From an uncultured archaeon (GTDB lineage: Archaea > Altiarchaeota > Altiarchaeia > IMC4 > SCGC-AAA252-I15): a DNA stretch of 64,000 nt. Under the pieces are notes generated by a model, which was not told the origin of the DNA, did no database searches, and worked only from the letters and a program-made list of their open reading frames with translations. The position numbers were made by a program, and so were the translations under genes. The stretch is from NCBI GenBank assembly GCA_964423225.1, contig CAYREE010000002.1, positions 10,278-74,277 of the forward strand, in the 5' to 3' direction. Shown in pieces: positions 39,536-49,619 of this stretch (position 1 is the first letter of the stretch; every line of letters begins with the position of its first letter).

Positions 39536-40810
39536 ATGCTAGATATTAAACGTGTACGACAAGATCCTCAAGTAGTCCTGGAGAATATCAAGCGTAGAGG
39601 CAATACGGATTATATAGAAAGATTCAATGAGCTTATCAGTATTGATGAGAAGTGGCGTATACTAAAAAAGAAGATAGATGATCTAAGACATGAGAGGAAT
39701 AAGAGTTCTCAACAAGTTGATGCTGCAAGAAAATCAGGACAGGATATCAGCCTTATTGTGAAAGGTGCTAAGGATATTTCAGGTGAGATCAAGGAGACTG
39801 AGATAGAATGCGAAAAACTCAATGTTCATATGAAAGATCTTTTAATGCGTCTTCCAAACATATTGCATGAGACAGTTCCTGTAGGACATTCTGAGGAGGA
39901 TAATGTCGAAGTAAGGGTTTGGGGCAAGGCTGTTAAACCTGGTTTTGAATTGAAACACCATGGCGATATCGCGGTTGATCTTGGTGTGGCTGATTTTGAA
40001 CGGGCTGTAAAAATATCTGGTAGCGGTTTTTACATACTTAAAGGAGATTTGGCTTTAATGGATTTTGCATTATTGAATCTGGGTATCAGTATGCTTGTTG
40101 ATAAGGATTACACTCTCATTGAACCTCCATTTATGATGCGTAGAAAACCCTATGAGGGTGTCACCGACCTTGATGATTTTGAAAACGTCATGTATAAGAT
40201 AGATGGTGAAGATGGGTATCTTATCGCTACAAGCGAGCATCCGATAGCTGCAATGCATATGGGGGAGCTATTGGAAGATAAGGATCTACCATTGAAGTAC
40301 TGTGGAGTTTCAACAAATTTTAGGAAGGAGATAGGGAAACACAGTGTGGATGAACGGGGTTTGTTCAGAGTGCATCAATTCAATAAGATAGAGCAATTTA
40401 TCTTTTCAAAACCTGACGATGGCTGGGATTTCCATGAAGAGCTTCTATCTAATGCGGAATCATTGTTAAAAAAATTGGAGATACCCTATCGTATAGTCAA
40501 TGTTTGTACTGGTGATATCGGAACGGTTGCAGCAAAGAAATATGATATCGAGGGATGGAGCCCTAGGGAGGGCAAGTATATCGAGCTTATCAGCTGTTCA
40601 AACTGCACTTCATATCAGGCGGCAAGACTTGGCATCAGATATCGCAGAGGACAGGAGAAAGATTTTCCACACACATTAAATAGTACGATGGTGGCAACTT
40701 CAAGGGCGCTTAGACTAATACTGGAAAACTATCAGACTAAGGATGGACGGGTAAGGGTGCCAGAAGTATTAAAGCAATATATGAAGGGCAAGGAATATAT
40801 TGGAGAGTAA
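39536..40810 (+). CDS. serS: Seryl-tRNA synthetase
   Basis: N-terminal coiled-coil arm MLDIKRVRQDP, class II aaRS core, 424 aa. Confidence 0.85.
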   Translation: MLDIKRVRQDPQVVLENIKRRGNTDYIERFNELISIDEKWRILKKKIDDLRHERNKSSQQVDAARKSGQDISLIVKGAKDISGEIKETEIECEKLNVHMKDLLMRLPNILHETVPVGHSEEDNVEVRVWGKAVKPGFELKHHGDIAVDLGVADFERAVKISGSGFYILKGDLALMDFALLNLGISMLVDKDYTLIEPPFMMRRKPYEGVTDLDDFENVMYKIDGEDGYLIATSEHPIAAMHMGELLEDKDLPLKYCGVSTNFRKEIGKHSVDERGLFRVHQFNKIEQFIFSKPDDGWDFHEELLSNAESLLKKLEIPYRIVNVCTGDIGTVAAKKYDIEGWSPREGKYIELISCSNCTSYQAARLGIRYRRGQEKDFPHTLNSTMVATSRALRLILENYQTKDGRVRVPEVLKQYMKGKEYIGE

Positions 40811-40812
40811 GA

Positions 40813-41979
40813 TTAGAGAAATCCTACTACACTCTTGATCTTATACCTGCTATAGTTTCTCCTAGCCTGTGAATAATACATCCTGTATCTGCCATCCTTC
40901 ATCCTTACAATGTCTGGATCGCTTGCGATATCTGAATCTCGTTCAGGTACTATTCTTATCCCTTGATCCAGTTTGAAGGACTTTCCATCTCGTGAGCTTG
41001 CGCTTAGGATGACTGATGCAGTATCATTATCCATGTTCTTTGAAGTGAAATACAGTTTATATACTCGTTCTGGGAGTATGAAGGATTTAGGATCTGATAG
41101 AATAGTATTACCAAAGACTATCCTTGATTCCCTATGCCAATTAGATCCATCATCGAAAGAAAGTGCAGTCCTCAACCATCTTCCAGTACTATAATACATC
41201 CTTAGTGTGTTGTTCGGAAGCCTTATTACCTCCGGGTCTGCGACATAAAGCTTGTATGGATCATCTGAATCCTCATAATCCTGGAATCTAACGTCTGGTT
41301 CTTTCACCCAGTTGAATAAATCATCTGAGATAGCACTGTAAAACCTTTGTTCAGCCGGCAGACGCTTCCACATACTCTCAATCCATTCCATACCCCCCTG
41401 ATCAACGCCTTCATAAATCATCCTATAACTCCCGTTTAACAGACGATAAACACAGGGATTGGCAATCGCTCTTTGCCCTTGCACACCACCACTTAATACT
41501 GTCCCATTATCAGCATATGATAATCCCCTATCTGATAATGCAATACGAATCTCATTTTCCCTAGAATAGAACATAATATATCTTCCATCGACAAGTAGAG
41601 TGTCGGATTCCTTCCCATCTTCAAGTCTTGTATCAGTCTCTCGAGTAAAATATAACAAAGCATCGATTGGCAGTATCAATGTCGTTGTTGTACCTGTTGT
41701 CGTTGTTGTTGTACTGGTAGTTGTTGTTGTGGTTGACGTTGTTGTTTTCTTAATAGTGGTTGTAGTCGTCTTTAACGTTGTCTCAGTAGTCCTAATAATC
41801 TCAATCTCGTCTATATCAATTTCTGTGTATTCATAGATAGTCTCCTTGATAAAAGTCAGGGTATCCGACCCGAAATTCACAAGGAAGAATATTAATATTA
41901 TAATGGGGATGATGATCTGAGGATGCTCCCTGACCTTGTTCACCCGCCCCGTAATACTTTTCAGATTGAAACCTACCAT
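40813..41979 (-). CDS. Membrane-anchored extracellular protein with poly-Thr linker and beta-propeller glycosidase-like domain (GH43/GH32/GH130-like)
   Basis: N-terminal TM, about 35-aa Thr-rich linker, then Asp/Tyr-rich blocks (MFYSRE, YRMIYEG, LRMYYSTG, YRMYYSQ) typical of 5-bladed propeller glycosidases. Confidence 0.4.
   Translation of the reverse strand: MVGFNLKSITGRVNKVREHPQIIIPIIILIFFLVNFGSDTLTFIKETIYEYTEIDIDEIEIIRTTETTLKTTTTTIKKTTTSTTTTTTSTTTTTTGTTTTLILPIDALLYFTRETDTRLEDGKESDTLLVDGRYIMFYSRENEIRIALSDRGLSYADNGTVLSGGVQGQRAIANPCVYRLLNGSYRMIYEGVDQGGMEWIESMWKRLPAEQRFYSAISDDLFNWVKEPDVRFQDYEDSDDPYKLYVADPEVIRLPNNTLRMYYSTGRWLRTALSFDDGSNWHRESRIVFGNTILSDPKSFILPERVYKLYFTSKNMDNDTASVILSASSRDGKSFKLDQGIRIVPERDSDIASDPDIVRMKDGRYRMYYSQARRNYSRYKIKSVVGFL
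41690..41790. repeat. Imperfect (GTT/GTC)n microsatellite encoding the poly-Thr linker
   Basis: gtcgttgttgtacctgttgtcgttgttgttgtactggtagttgttgttgtggttgacgttgttgtt. Confidence 0.7.
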
Positions 41980-42016
41980 CTTAGATGGCTACCTTGATTA
42001 AGATATAGAAAGACTA

Positions 42017-43207
42017 TTAAAACTTTATCTCATTATCACACATGGGGATAAGTGTCCTAACCATATCCTCAGCCTCTTTCTTCTCAGTACTGAGGATGAC
42101 TCCCGCAATCTTTTCCAATCTCATCTTGTTAATAATAAAGTGTGTGAATTCTTTCACACTCTTGTCATTGTTATAGATGAGAAGACTTGATAGCGAGTCA
42201 AGGAAAAGGAATTTCTTTTCAGTATTGACTTTTGAAAGCATTCTGTCAAGATACATGCTAACTTCCTCAAGCGATCCTGGATTCTCAACAAAAACTACAT
42301 TATCAGATTTCTCTGGAGCTTTCCCTGCCATCTGTGAGATACAATCCACGAACATTATCTGGGATGCGTCAGCCCCAGATTCATTAACAGCTTCGATGAT
42401 ATAGTCATACGGTCGTGATACACTGATATAGACTCCCCCCATCCCCTTTTCCTTTACTAGTTTGGCAAGTAGTGCCGATACTACTCTAGAATGGTCTTTT
42501 GACTTGGCTGAGGCTATGATGATAGCATCGTCGCGCAGATTTGTTAATCCTTCATCCATTTTCTTAGCGATGGATTCATCTGTCGTTGCTACTTCTTCAA
42601 CGGCTGGCTGTGCAGCCATTGGCATTCCACCCGGTCCCATCACAATCTGTTTTTCCTTTTCTTTGTCATGTTCTGTTTTTATCGCCTCTATCTCTCTGAC
42701 AAGGTTTTTAACATTGGATGTCAATCTTGTTGTTATGAGTACTGGGGCTCTATTCTTGCGGGATATCTTAAAATACCCTAGTATTGATGGTATGAATTTT
42801 AACAGGTGATAGCCTCCAAGTAAGAAAGATGCTGATATACCTGCAAGGATTGCCTTGTCTATTGGTATTATGTCCGATATTTCGGGCAGGTATTTGAATA
42901 TTAGATTGTATATTGGTGTGACTAGATCATTGGATTGTTGGTAGTTATAGACTCCAAAGGCGATAGCGATCATTAGTATTCCTTTGATTAGCTCTGACCA
43001 GCGGACTCTAGTAAAATGTTCGAGAGCGTCTATCTCATCATATTGTATTCCTACAAAAGATTTTGGGAATTTTTTTATACAGACAACTCTTTCCTTGGTT
43101 GTTAGGACTGTGTATAATCCTATCTTGTATTTTGATCCTACCTGTTCATTTTCAGGTATGTAGTCATCAAACCCCTTTACTTTTAATCCAGACCCCTCCA
43201 TTTTCAA
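42017..43207 (-). CDS. Membrane-anchored degenerate KaiC/RecA-like domain protein (partner of KaiC-like ATPase)
   Basis: Central TM helices and a C-terminal RecA-like fold lacking a canonical Walker A. Overlaps the upstream KaiC-like gene by 4 nt. Confidence 0.4.
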   Translation of the reverse strand: MKMEGSGLKVKGFDDYIPENEQVGSKYKIGLYTVLTTKERVVCIKKFPKSFVGIQYDEIDALEHFTRVRWSELIKGILMIAIAFGVYNYQQSNDLVTPIYNLIFKYLPEISDIIPIDKAILAGISASFLLGGYHLLKFIPSILGYFKISRKNRAPVLITTRLTSNVKNLVREIEAIKTEHDKEKEKQIVMGPGGMPMAAQPAVEEVATTDESIAKKMDEGLTNLRDDAIIIASAKSKDHSRVVSALLAKLVKEKGMGGVYISVSRPYDYIIEAVNESGADASQIMFVDCISQMAGKAPEKSDNVVFVENPGSLEEVSMYLDRMLSKVNTEKKFLFLDSLSSLLIYNNDKSVKEFTHFIINKMRLEKIAGVILSTEKKEAEDMVRTLIPMCDNEIKF

Positions 43208-43917
43208 TCAATACCTGCTTTAAACATGGGCATCAATACTATGCCCTCATCTATTATCTGCATAACGTGTTTGTTTCTGGAATGGTTCATTCCCCTCATC
43301 TTGATTACCTGCAATGCCCTTAATAACTCTCCCTTCCTCTCGAATTCAGTTAGCATTATAACTCCGTCCGCAACGAATTCTTCCACTCCAAAAACACTGT
43401 ATTTGAATTCGTTAGGTGGTATCTCAGAAATCAATATTGTGGTTACGTCATGATACATCAGCCTAAAAGCTAGTTCGAAGACAAAATTTCTGATCTTCTC
43501 CCCTTCAATCAGGTTTTCGCATAATGCTGTGATAGAATCTATTACAAGCCTCTTAGTATTGTTGGATTTTATTATCTCTTCTATGATGCTTATTAATCCC
43601 TCTACATTATTCAAGCCGATACCTTTCAGTCTTGTATCCTGTACTAGGTCAACTACTTTAACAAGGTTTGAATCGACTAGATTCTGATCGTAGAATTTGA
43701 ATTCCTTAATGTTTTTCACAACCTTGTCTTTGGGCTCGGTTAATGCAATATATGTACCAGCCTCTCCCTGAGTAGCTCCATCAAAGATGAATTGCTGGCA
43801 TAATACGGTTTTTCCAGTACCGCAACTTCCTGCAAGTAGAACACAGTGTCCACGAGGTATGCCCCCATTCAACACATCATCTAATCCTATGATACCCGTC
43901 TTTAGCTTTTCTACCAT
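43204..43917 (-). CDS. KaiC-like RecA-superfamily ATPase
   Basis: GIIGLDDVLNGGIPRGHCVLLAGSCGTGKT and a KaiC-type single-domain architecture. Confidence 0.7.
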   Translation of the reverse strand: MVEKLKTGIIGLDDVLNGGIPRGHCVLLAGSCGTGKTVLCQQFIFDGATQGEAGTYIALTEPKDKVVKNIKEFKFYDQNLVDSNLVKVVDLVQDTRLKGIGLNNVEGLISIIEEIIKSNNTKRLVIDSITALCENLIEGEKIRNFVFELAFRLMYHDVTTILISEIPPNEFKYSVFGVEEFVADGVIMLTEFERKGELLRALQVIKMRGMNHSRNKHVMQIIDEGIVLMPMFKAGID

Positions 43918-43979
43918 ATGAACACCAGATTTTGTTAATTATTATTCTGGATTAATAAAAACCGACGAATTTAAGGATA

Positions 43980-44720
43980 TTATAATAGTTTGCCTAGTTT
44001 ATGGACTGATATTTTATCTACATATCCAATATGCTCGCCACCCATAGTCAGATTGACTATATGGACTTTTGATGTTTTGGCGACTTTTTCAATTAATTCC
44101 TTGCCTATCCTTAGTTTCCTGGGTTTTTTTATCTTGTCATAATGTCCTGAATATACTCCAACGACATTTCCAAAATCCATGCCTGCAAGGGCTATCATCC
44201 TAGGTTTGTAATGCTCTACAAGATGCACTGCTCGATCACCATCTGTAAAACCCCCAAAGTTATGGACTTTATCTGTTGGATCCGACTGTGTTGTAGCATA
44301 GATGGTTTTCTTGAATTGTGGCACATATTTTATAAGTGATTCCAGATTATCACCATGTCCATGAACTACGGTGACACAATTATATTCGTTGGCTTTTAAG
44401 ATGAATCTGATATCTCCATCAAGGTCTGTTATATTAATATGTGGTATTATCCTGTACTCCATCAATGCTTTTACAGCACCGTCCACGGCCACATTCACAA
44501 CTTTCTTATGAATCCCCTCGTCATGTATTTTATGGAGGTTTTCTTCAAGGCTTGGGCCACAACCATAGATCACAACATTCTTACCCTTTATCATCTTACT
44601 GAGTTTGGATAATCTCTCTGCTTTAACCATGTTGTTCAAGATCTGTGTGGCTCTCGTATCACCAGACATATTTAGATCTAATGATCTAACTATGTTCAGA
44701 TATTCTGTTGTCCATGGCAT
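43980..44720 (-). CDS. DUF115/MptE-like protein (candidate 6-hydroxymethyl-dihydropterin pyrophosphokinase)
   Basis: Conserved GCGPS and HGHGDN blocks recalled from the MptE family. Confidence 0.4.
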   Translation of the reverse strand: MPWTTEYLNIVRSLDLNMSGDTRATQILNNMVKAERLSKLSKMIKGKNVVIYGCGPSLEENLHKIHDEGIHKKVVNVAVDGAVKALMEYRIIPHINITDLDGDIRFILKANEYNCVTVVHGHGDNLESLIKYVPQFKKTIYATTQSDPTDKVHNFGGFTDGDRAVHLVEHYKPRMIALAGMDFGNVVGVYSGHYDKIKKPRKLRIGKELIEKVAKTSKVHIVNLTMGGEHIGYVDKISVHKLGKLL

Positions 44721-44759
44721 GGTATAATAGCCTTTATCGCCAAAGATTAAATAATCGAG

Positions 44760-45464
44760 ATGAGTTCGACGGATGAGCGTTTTATGGTGGATGAAAGCCT
44801 TCTAAAACGCATTTGTGATTATGCTTCATTATCTGAAAATGATGTTGTATTAGAGGTTGGGGCAGGGAAGGGCAGTCTTACAAAAAAACTTGTTGAAAAG
44901 GGATGTAAGGTTATCGCGGTTGAGAAAAACAAGGATCTTTTCAATGAATTGAGCGGGAAATTATCTGATCTATCGAATCTAGAATTAGTAGATGGGGATA
45001 TATTGAAGGTCAAGGTTCCGAAATATAATAAAGTCGTCTCGAATATACCCTATAGTATAAGCAGAAAGATTGTAAAAAAAATTTTACTCGATGGTTTTGA
45101 TTCTGCGGTACTCGTAGTTCAAAAAGAATTCGCTGAAAAGCTCGATGCTGATGAGGGAAGTATAAATTACCGGATGATAACAGCACTAACCAAATCATGT
45201 TGTAGTATCGAGGTTTTAGAAAATATTTCACCAGAAGCATTCAGGCCCATACCCAGAGTATGGTCCTCGGTAGTAAGGCTCATACAGCATAAGCCTTTAA
45301 CAAAGGGATACCTAGACTTGTTGACAAATTTGTTTAACCATAAAAACAAGTTTATACGCAATACATTGTCTGGATACAAAGGCAAATTCAAGGATTATAG
45401 GCCAGTGAACATGAGTCCAGTGGAATTATCTGAATTATACTCAGACCTACAGAAAGTTCAATAA
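44760..45464 (+). CDS. rsmA: 16S rRNA (adenine1518/1519-N6)-dimethyltransferase KsgA/Dim1
   Basis: SAM motif VLEVGAGKGSLT and catalytic NIPYSIS. Confidence 0.8.
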   Translation: MSSTDERFMVDESLLKRICDYASLSENDVVLEVGAGKGSLTKKLVEKGCKVIAVEKNKDLFNELSGKLSDLSNLELVDGDILKVKVPKYNKVVSNIPYSISRKIVKKILLDGFDSAVLVVQKEFAEKLDADEGSINYRMITALTKSCCSIEVLENISPEAFRPIPRVWSSVVRLIQHKPLTKGYLDLLTNLFNHKNKFIRNTLSGYKGKFKDYRPVNMSPVELSELYSDLQKVQ

Positions 45465-45502
45465 AGCTATTTTTTTTTTATCGAAATGCAAGGTATTATA
45501 TT

Positions 45503-46360
45503 ATGAGTGGACTGGCGACCAGGCCAATAGCTATAGAAGACCGGGTCTTAATGGCCCCTACAACTGATATTGGCGGGCCGATGGCTGCTGGTGGCAGAGG
45601 TGATGGTGAAACAAATTTTGATTCATTTATCAATGGTATTTTCAAGCGTTCGAAAGGCATGGAAGTTGGTGTAACTGAAAAATGGGTTATTAGACGGCTT
45701 CTTGAATCCATCTATACTAAATCTGGTCTACAAAACTCTGATATCATCGAGCATGATGTGAATCGTCTTGGGAATAACATGCATGCGTCCGGCCTCCTTG
45801 ATCGGGGTGCTAGCTGGGTTGATGAGGGTGCTAGAAGGTTTATCACGGTTTTAGAGGCGGTTGATAGGGGTAGTGGAGATGCTGTATTAAGGAGGACTGA
45901 AAATATTTCACGGATTGTAGGATCAAATGGGACTGGTTATGATTCTATAGGCATCATCGAGGATGGTGGAAGGATTGAAGACATGGAATTCATTAAAAAA
46001 ATGAGTGAGGATCTGGGACTTGTAAGACAGGATGTCGATGATATCCTAGGTGTTGCGAAGGACAAGCCTGATCTAGTAGCTAAGAGAAGACCTATGGTTG
46101 ATGCCTACTCAACGCGTGATCTTGGTGCTGTAAGACATGCATGTGGGCCAGTCTACGCCAGGATCATGACTTCTGATGATGCGCTTACGGCGTCTGAAGT
46201 AAGGGAATCGTTCTGCGCACTGTTCAGTGCATTTGCTAAATATCCTCCAACATCAGTTACTGAGATCAAAGAAACATTCCAGCAAGTTTCTTCTACTGGA
46301 TTAAATCCTATAGAGCATCTTAAAACACTTCCTGACAGATTATACTCGTCAAAGTCTTGA
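45503..46360 (+). CDS. Hypothetical protein (285 aa), GC-elevated
   Basis: ORF with no recognisable motif. Confidence 0.4.
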   Translation: MSGLATRPIAIEDRVLMAPTTDIGGPMAAGGRGDGETNFDSFINGIFKRSKGMEVGVTEKWVIRRLLESIYTKSGLQNSDIIEHDVNRLGNNMHASGLLDRGASWVDEGARRFITVLEAVDRGSGDAVLRRTENISRIVGSNGTGYDSIGIIEDGGRIEDMEFIKKMSEDLGLVRQDVDDILGVAKDKPDLVAKRRPMVDAYSTRDLGAVRHACGPVYARIMTSDDALTASEVRESFCALFSAFAKYPPTSVTEIKETFQQVSSTGLNPIEHLKTLPDRLYSSKS

Positions 46361-46437
46361 TAAAAGGAAGGAAGGGATGGTTGTTTCCTACCAGATCTTA
46401 TTTATTAAGAAGTCATATATTATACTCTGGGTGATGT

Positions 46438-47319
46438 ATGGTGACTAAACGTGGTACAAAGCTTTTGAAGGAAGGATTTGCGAAGATGGTGAAGCGTGGC
46501 GTCGTAATGGACGTCACTGATGCGAAACAGGCAGGAATTGCTGAGGATGCTGGTGCTGTGGCTGTAATGGCTTTAGAGCGCGTTCCCTCAGATATACGTG
46601 CTGATGGAGGGGTGGCTAGGATGGCTGACCCACTTAAGATACAGGAGATATTAGACTGTGTTACAATCCCGGTTATGGCAAAATGTCGTATCGGACATTT
46701 TGCAGAAGCGCAAATTCTACAGCATCTTGGCGTGGATATGGTGGATGAGAGCGAAGTACTAACTCCTGCTGACGAGCAGAACCATGTTGATAAGAAACAA
46801 TTTACAATACCCTTTGTTTGTGGTGCCCGGAATCTTGGCGAGGCTTTGAGAAGGATAAGTGAAGGAGCAGCAATGATCCGGACTAAAGGTGAGGCAGGCA
46901 CTGGAAATATTGTGGAAGCAGTTAGGCATATGCGTGCAGTTATCGGCGAGATAAATAAGATTAAATCTATGAGTGATGATGAATTATACGATGAGGCTAA
47001 GAACTTAAGGTCTCCGATAGAGCTTGTCAAGGAAGTCAAGAAACTAGGCAGGTTACCTGTCGTTAATTTTAGTGCTGGTGGAATTGCTACGCCTGCTGAC
47101 GCGTCTTTGATGATGCAGTTGGGTGGTGACGGCAACTTCGTGGGTTCAGGCATTTTTAAGAGTGATGAGCCCGAGCTTATGGCCAAGGCTATAGTGGAGG
47201 CGACACTTCATTATGATAAACCTGATGTTCTGGCAGAAGTTAGCAAAGGTTTGGGCGAAGCGATGAAAGGACTTGATATTGCAACTTTAGAGACTCGTCT
47301 ACAGGAGCGTGGTGATTAA
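46438..47319 (+). CDS. pdxS: Pyridoxal 5'-phosphate synthase, synthase subunit
   Basis: Highly conserved PdxS/SNZ sequence ([20 protein letters not shown]). Confidence 0.9.
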   Translation: MVTKRGTKLLKEGFAKMVKRGVVMDVTDAKQAGIAEDAGAVAVMALERVPSDIRADGGVARMADPLKIQEILDCVTIPVMAKCRIGHFAEAQILQHLGVDMVDESEVLTPADEQNHVDKKQFTIPFVCGARNLGEALRRISEGAAMIRTKGEAGTGNIVEAVRHMRAVIGEINKIKSMSDDELYDEAKNLRSPIELVKEVKKLGRLPVVNFSAGGIATPADASLMMQLGGDGNFVGSGIFKSDEPELMAKAIVEATLHYDKPDVLAEVSKGLGEAMKGLDIATLETRLQERGD

Positions 47320-48107
47320 TGCTTGTTTCCGACGTTATGACGACGGAATTGATGACTTGCGGACCTGAAGAGAATCTAGTGGCTGTTGGAGACCGGCTTG
47401 ATGAAGGTGGATTAAGTGCTGCGATAGTAATCGATAATTCCGAGGTTGTTGGTCTTGTTGGAAAGGAAACTTTTATCGCTAATCTACATATCATATGTGA
47501 TGAGAAGCCTCTTGAAACTTATTGTGTGAGCGATTTCATGAGTCAAGATGTCATCCCATTGAATAGTGACGATGACTTGTATGATGCTATAGATCGTATA
47601 CAAAATCTCACAAAACATGTTGATAGACTTCCAGTCATATCTGATGGGAAGCTTGTAGGTGTTCTTTCTAAGAAGAATCTTACACAACTTTATGCGGATA
47701 TGATGGGGGGGAAACATAAAGTCCGGGATATAATGCATTTTAATCCCTCGACAGTCGAGTCATACGATTCCCTTGATAAGGTTATTGATGAGATGAAGAT
47801 TTCAGGTGCGAAAAGCGTTCTTGTAATGGATGGTATTCATCTTTCTGGTATTATCACGATAAAGGATATTAGTATAAACTTATTCCGGGAGAAAAAAGTA
47901 TGTAAGCGTACTAATGCTGTTAGCCTTCTTACTGCAGAAGATATTATGTCGAGGAATCCAATCACGATAAATGAGAAGATGGATTCTGCATTAGCTGCAC
48001 AGTTAATGATCGAGAAGGAATTTGGAAGCCTTCCTGTCGTGAATGGTGAGCTTAAAGGCATCCTAACGCGAACTGATCTTTTAAAAGGATTTCAATTGGA
48101 AAAATAA
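47319..48107 (+). CDS. CBS-domain protein (4 CBS motifs) inserted between pdxS and pdxT
   Basis: Start ATG overlaps the pdxS stop (taATG). Four CBS signatures. Confidence 0.6.
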   Translation: MLVSDVMTTELMTCGPEENLVAVGDRLDEGGLSAAIVIDNSEVVGLVGKETFIANLHIICDEKPLETYCVSDFMSQDVIPLNSDDDLYDAIDRIQNLTKHVDRLPVISDGKLVGVLSKKNLTQLYADMMGGKHKVRDIMHFNPSTVESYDSLDKVIDEMKISGAKSVLVMDGIHLSGIITIKDISINLFREKKVCKRTNAVSLLTAEDIMSRNPITINEKMDSALAAQLMIEKEFGSLPVVNGELKGILTRTDLLKGFQLEK

Positions 48108-48128
48108 ATCCTGATCCATTAGATTGAA

Positions 48129-48722
48129 ATGAAATATGGGGTCTTGAATGTTCAAGGAGATGTAACTGAACACGTTCAATCACTTTGTAATGCAGTTGAT
48201 TCACTAGGCTTGGATGGAGAAGTGATTGAAGTCAAGGATAAGAATACGATAAAAAAGTGTAGTGCTCTCGTTATACCTGGGGGAGAATCAACTACTCTAG
48301 GACTCTTATTGAATGATTATGGCCTTGACACGGTAATCAATGAACTCGCCTCAAATGGCGTTCCTATCATGGGTACGTGTGCTGGTCTGATACTTCTGGC
48401 TAAAGAGGGGAATAATCATGTCTTGAAAACTGGTCAGCCTTTATTGTCTTTAATGGATGTGAAGGTTAGTCGTAATGCTTTTGGTAGGCAGAGAGATTCT
48501 TTTGAAGCATTGCTTGATATTCCCGCATTAAATGGGGGTGGGTATCCGGGAGTTTTTATTCGAGCTCCTGCAATAGAGAAGTTATGGGGTAATGCAGAAG
48601 AATTATGCAGGTATGAGGATTTGATTGTAATGGCTAGACAGGATAATATTCTTGCTGTAGCATTTCATCCCGAGCTTACCTCGGATCTTCGCATACACGA
48701 GTATTTTCTGAAGATGATATGA
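48129..48722 (+). CDS. pdxT: Pyridoxal 5'-phosphate synthase, glutaminase subunit
   Basis: Class I glutamine amidotransferase with GTCAG catalytic Cys and an HPE triad. Confidence 0.85.
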   Translation: MKYGVLNVQGDVTEHVQSLCNAVDSLGLDGEVIEVKDKNTIKKCSALVIPGGESTTLGLLLNDYGLDTVINELASNGVPIMGTCAGLILLAKEGNNHVLKTGQPLLSLMDVKVSRNAFGRQRDSFEALLDIPALNGGGYPGVFIRAPAIEKLWGNAEELCRYEDLIVMARQDNILAVAFHPELTSDLRIHEYFLKMI

Positions 48723-48754
48723 TTTTATTATTATCTTGCATATGATTTATCCCT

Positions 48755-49141
48755 ATGTCTCTCATTGATTTTGGCATTGTGCAGAAGGAGCTTAAGGATG
48801 CTGGCATCTTCCATACTCATCAGGTTTTGGTTCGTAAGAACAAGCATCTTGCAATTGGTAATGTTCCGTCAGTGTTCATTATAACGGATACCTGTATTTA
48901 TCATGGTGGCACCGAGCATACTAACAATAATTTCTATTGTATACGTCTTAGCAAACTGCTTGAAGTAAGTGAAGTGGGCAAAAGCATGTGGAAGAGCATA
49001 AAGATAAGATATGCTCAAGATGATAGGATAGAATCCATTTATGTCTGTCCTTTTACCGGGGATCCGGGCAAGCCAGTGATAGATGAGGAGTCATTCAAGA
49101 TCATCATGGATTTATTAAAGGCTAATTTAAATTCTGTTTGA
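48755..49141 (+). CDS. Hypothetical protein (128 aa)
   Basis: ORF in an operonic context. Confidence 0.35.
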   Translation: MSLIDFGIVQKELKDAGIFHTHQVLVRKNKHLAIGNVPSVFIITDTCIYHGGTEHTNNNFYCIRLSKLLEVSEVGKSMWKSIKIRYAQDDRIESIYVCPFTGDPGKPVIDEESFKIIMDLLKANLNSV

Positions 49142-49142
49142 A

Positions 49143-49619
49143 ATGTCTAGGATTATTAAAACAAGAGCGGGTTTCATGGGATATGACTATGGATCGCTAG
49201 GGATAGAGAAGGTTTATCTGCCACAACCTACAAAAGAGAGTTTAATGGAAAAATATGGGATAGATGAATCTTCAACGAGTGGATTAAGATTATTTGACGA
49301 CAAGTTAGCTGATTATTTCAAGGGTATTGAATCAGATTTTAAGGATGTTCCACAGAATATGGAGGGATTGACTGCTTTTCAACAGAGGGTACTTGAAAAG
49401 ACGAGGGATGTGCCCTATGGGCAAACAAAAAGTTATGGATGGATTGCCCGTTCTATTGGGGCGCCATATGCTGCCCGTGCAGTTGGTAATGCATTAAGGT
49501 CTAATCCCCTACCTCTATTGGTGCCATGCCATCGGATAGTCGGTTCTACTGGCCTGGGTGGCTTCACACCATCAATTGATTTGAAGAAAAGGCTGCTTAA
49601 ACTTGAGGGCGCACTATGA
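49143..49619 (+). CDS. ogt: Methylated-DNA--protein-cysteine methyltransferase
   Basis: Active-site PCHRIV motif and an HTH region. Confidence 0.8.
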   Translation: MSRIIKTRAGFMGYDYGSLGIEKVYLPQPTKESLMEKYGIDESSTSGLRLFDDKLADYFKGIESDFKDVPQNMEGLTAFQQRVLEKTRDVPYGQTKSYGWIARSIGAPYAARAVGNALRSNPLPLLVPCHRIVGSTGLGGFTPSIDLKKRLLKLEGAL

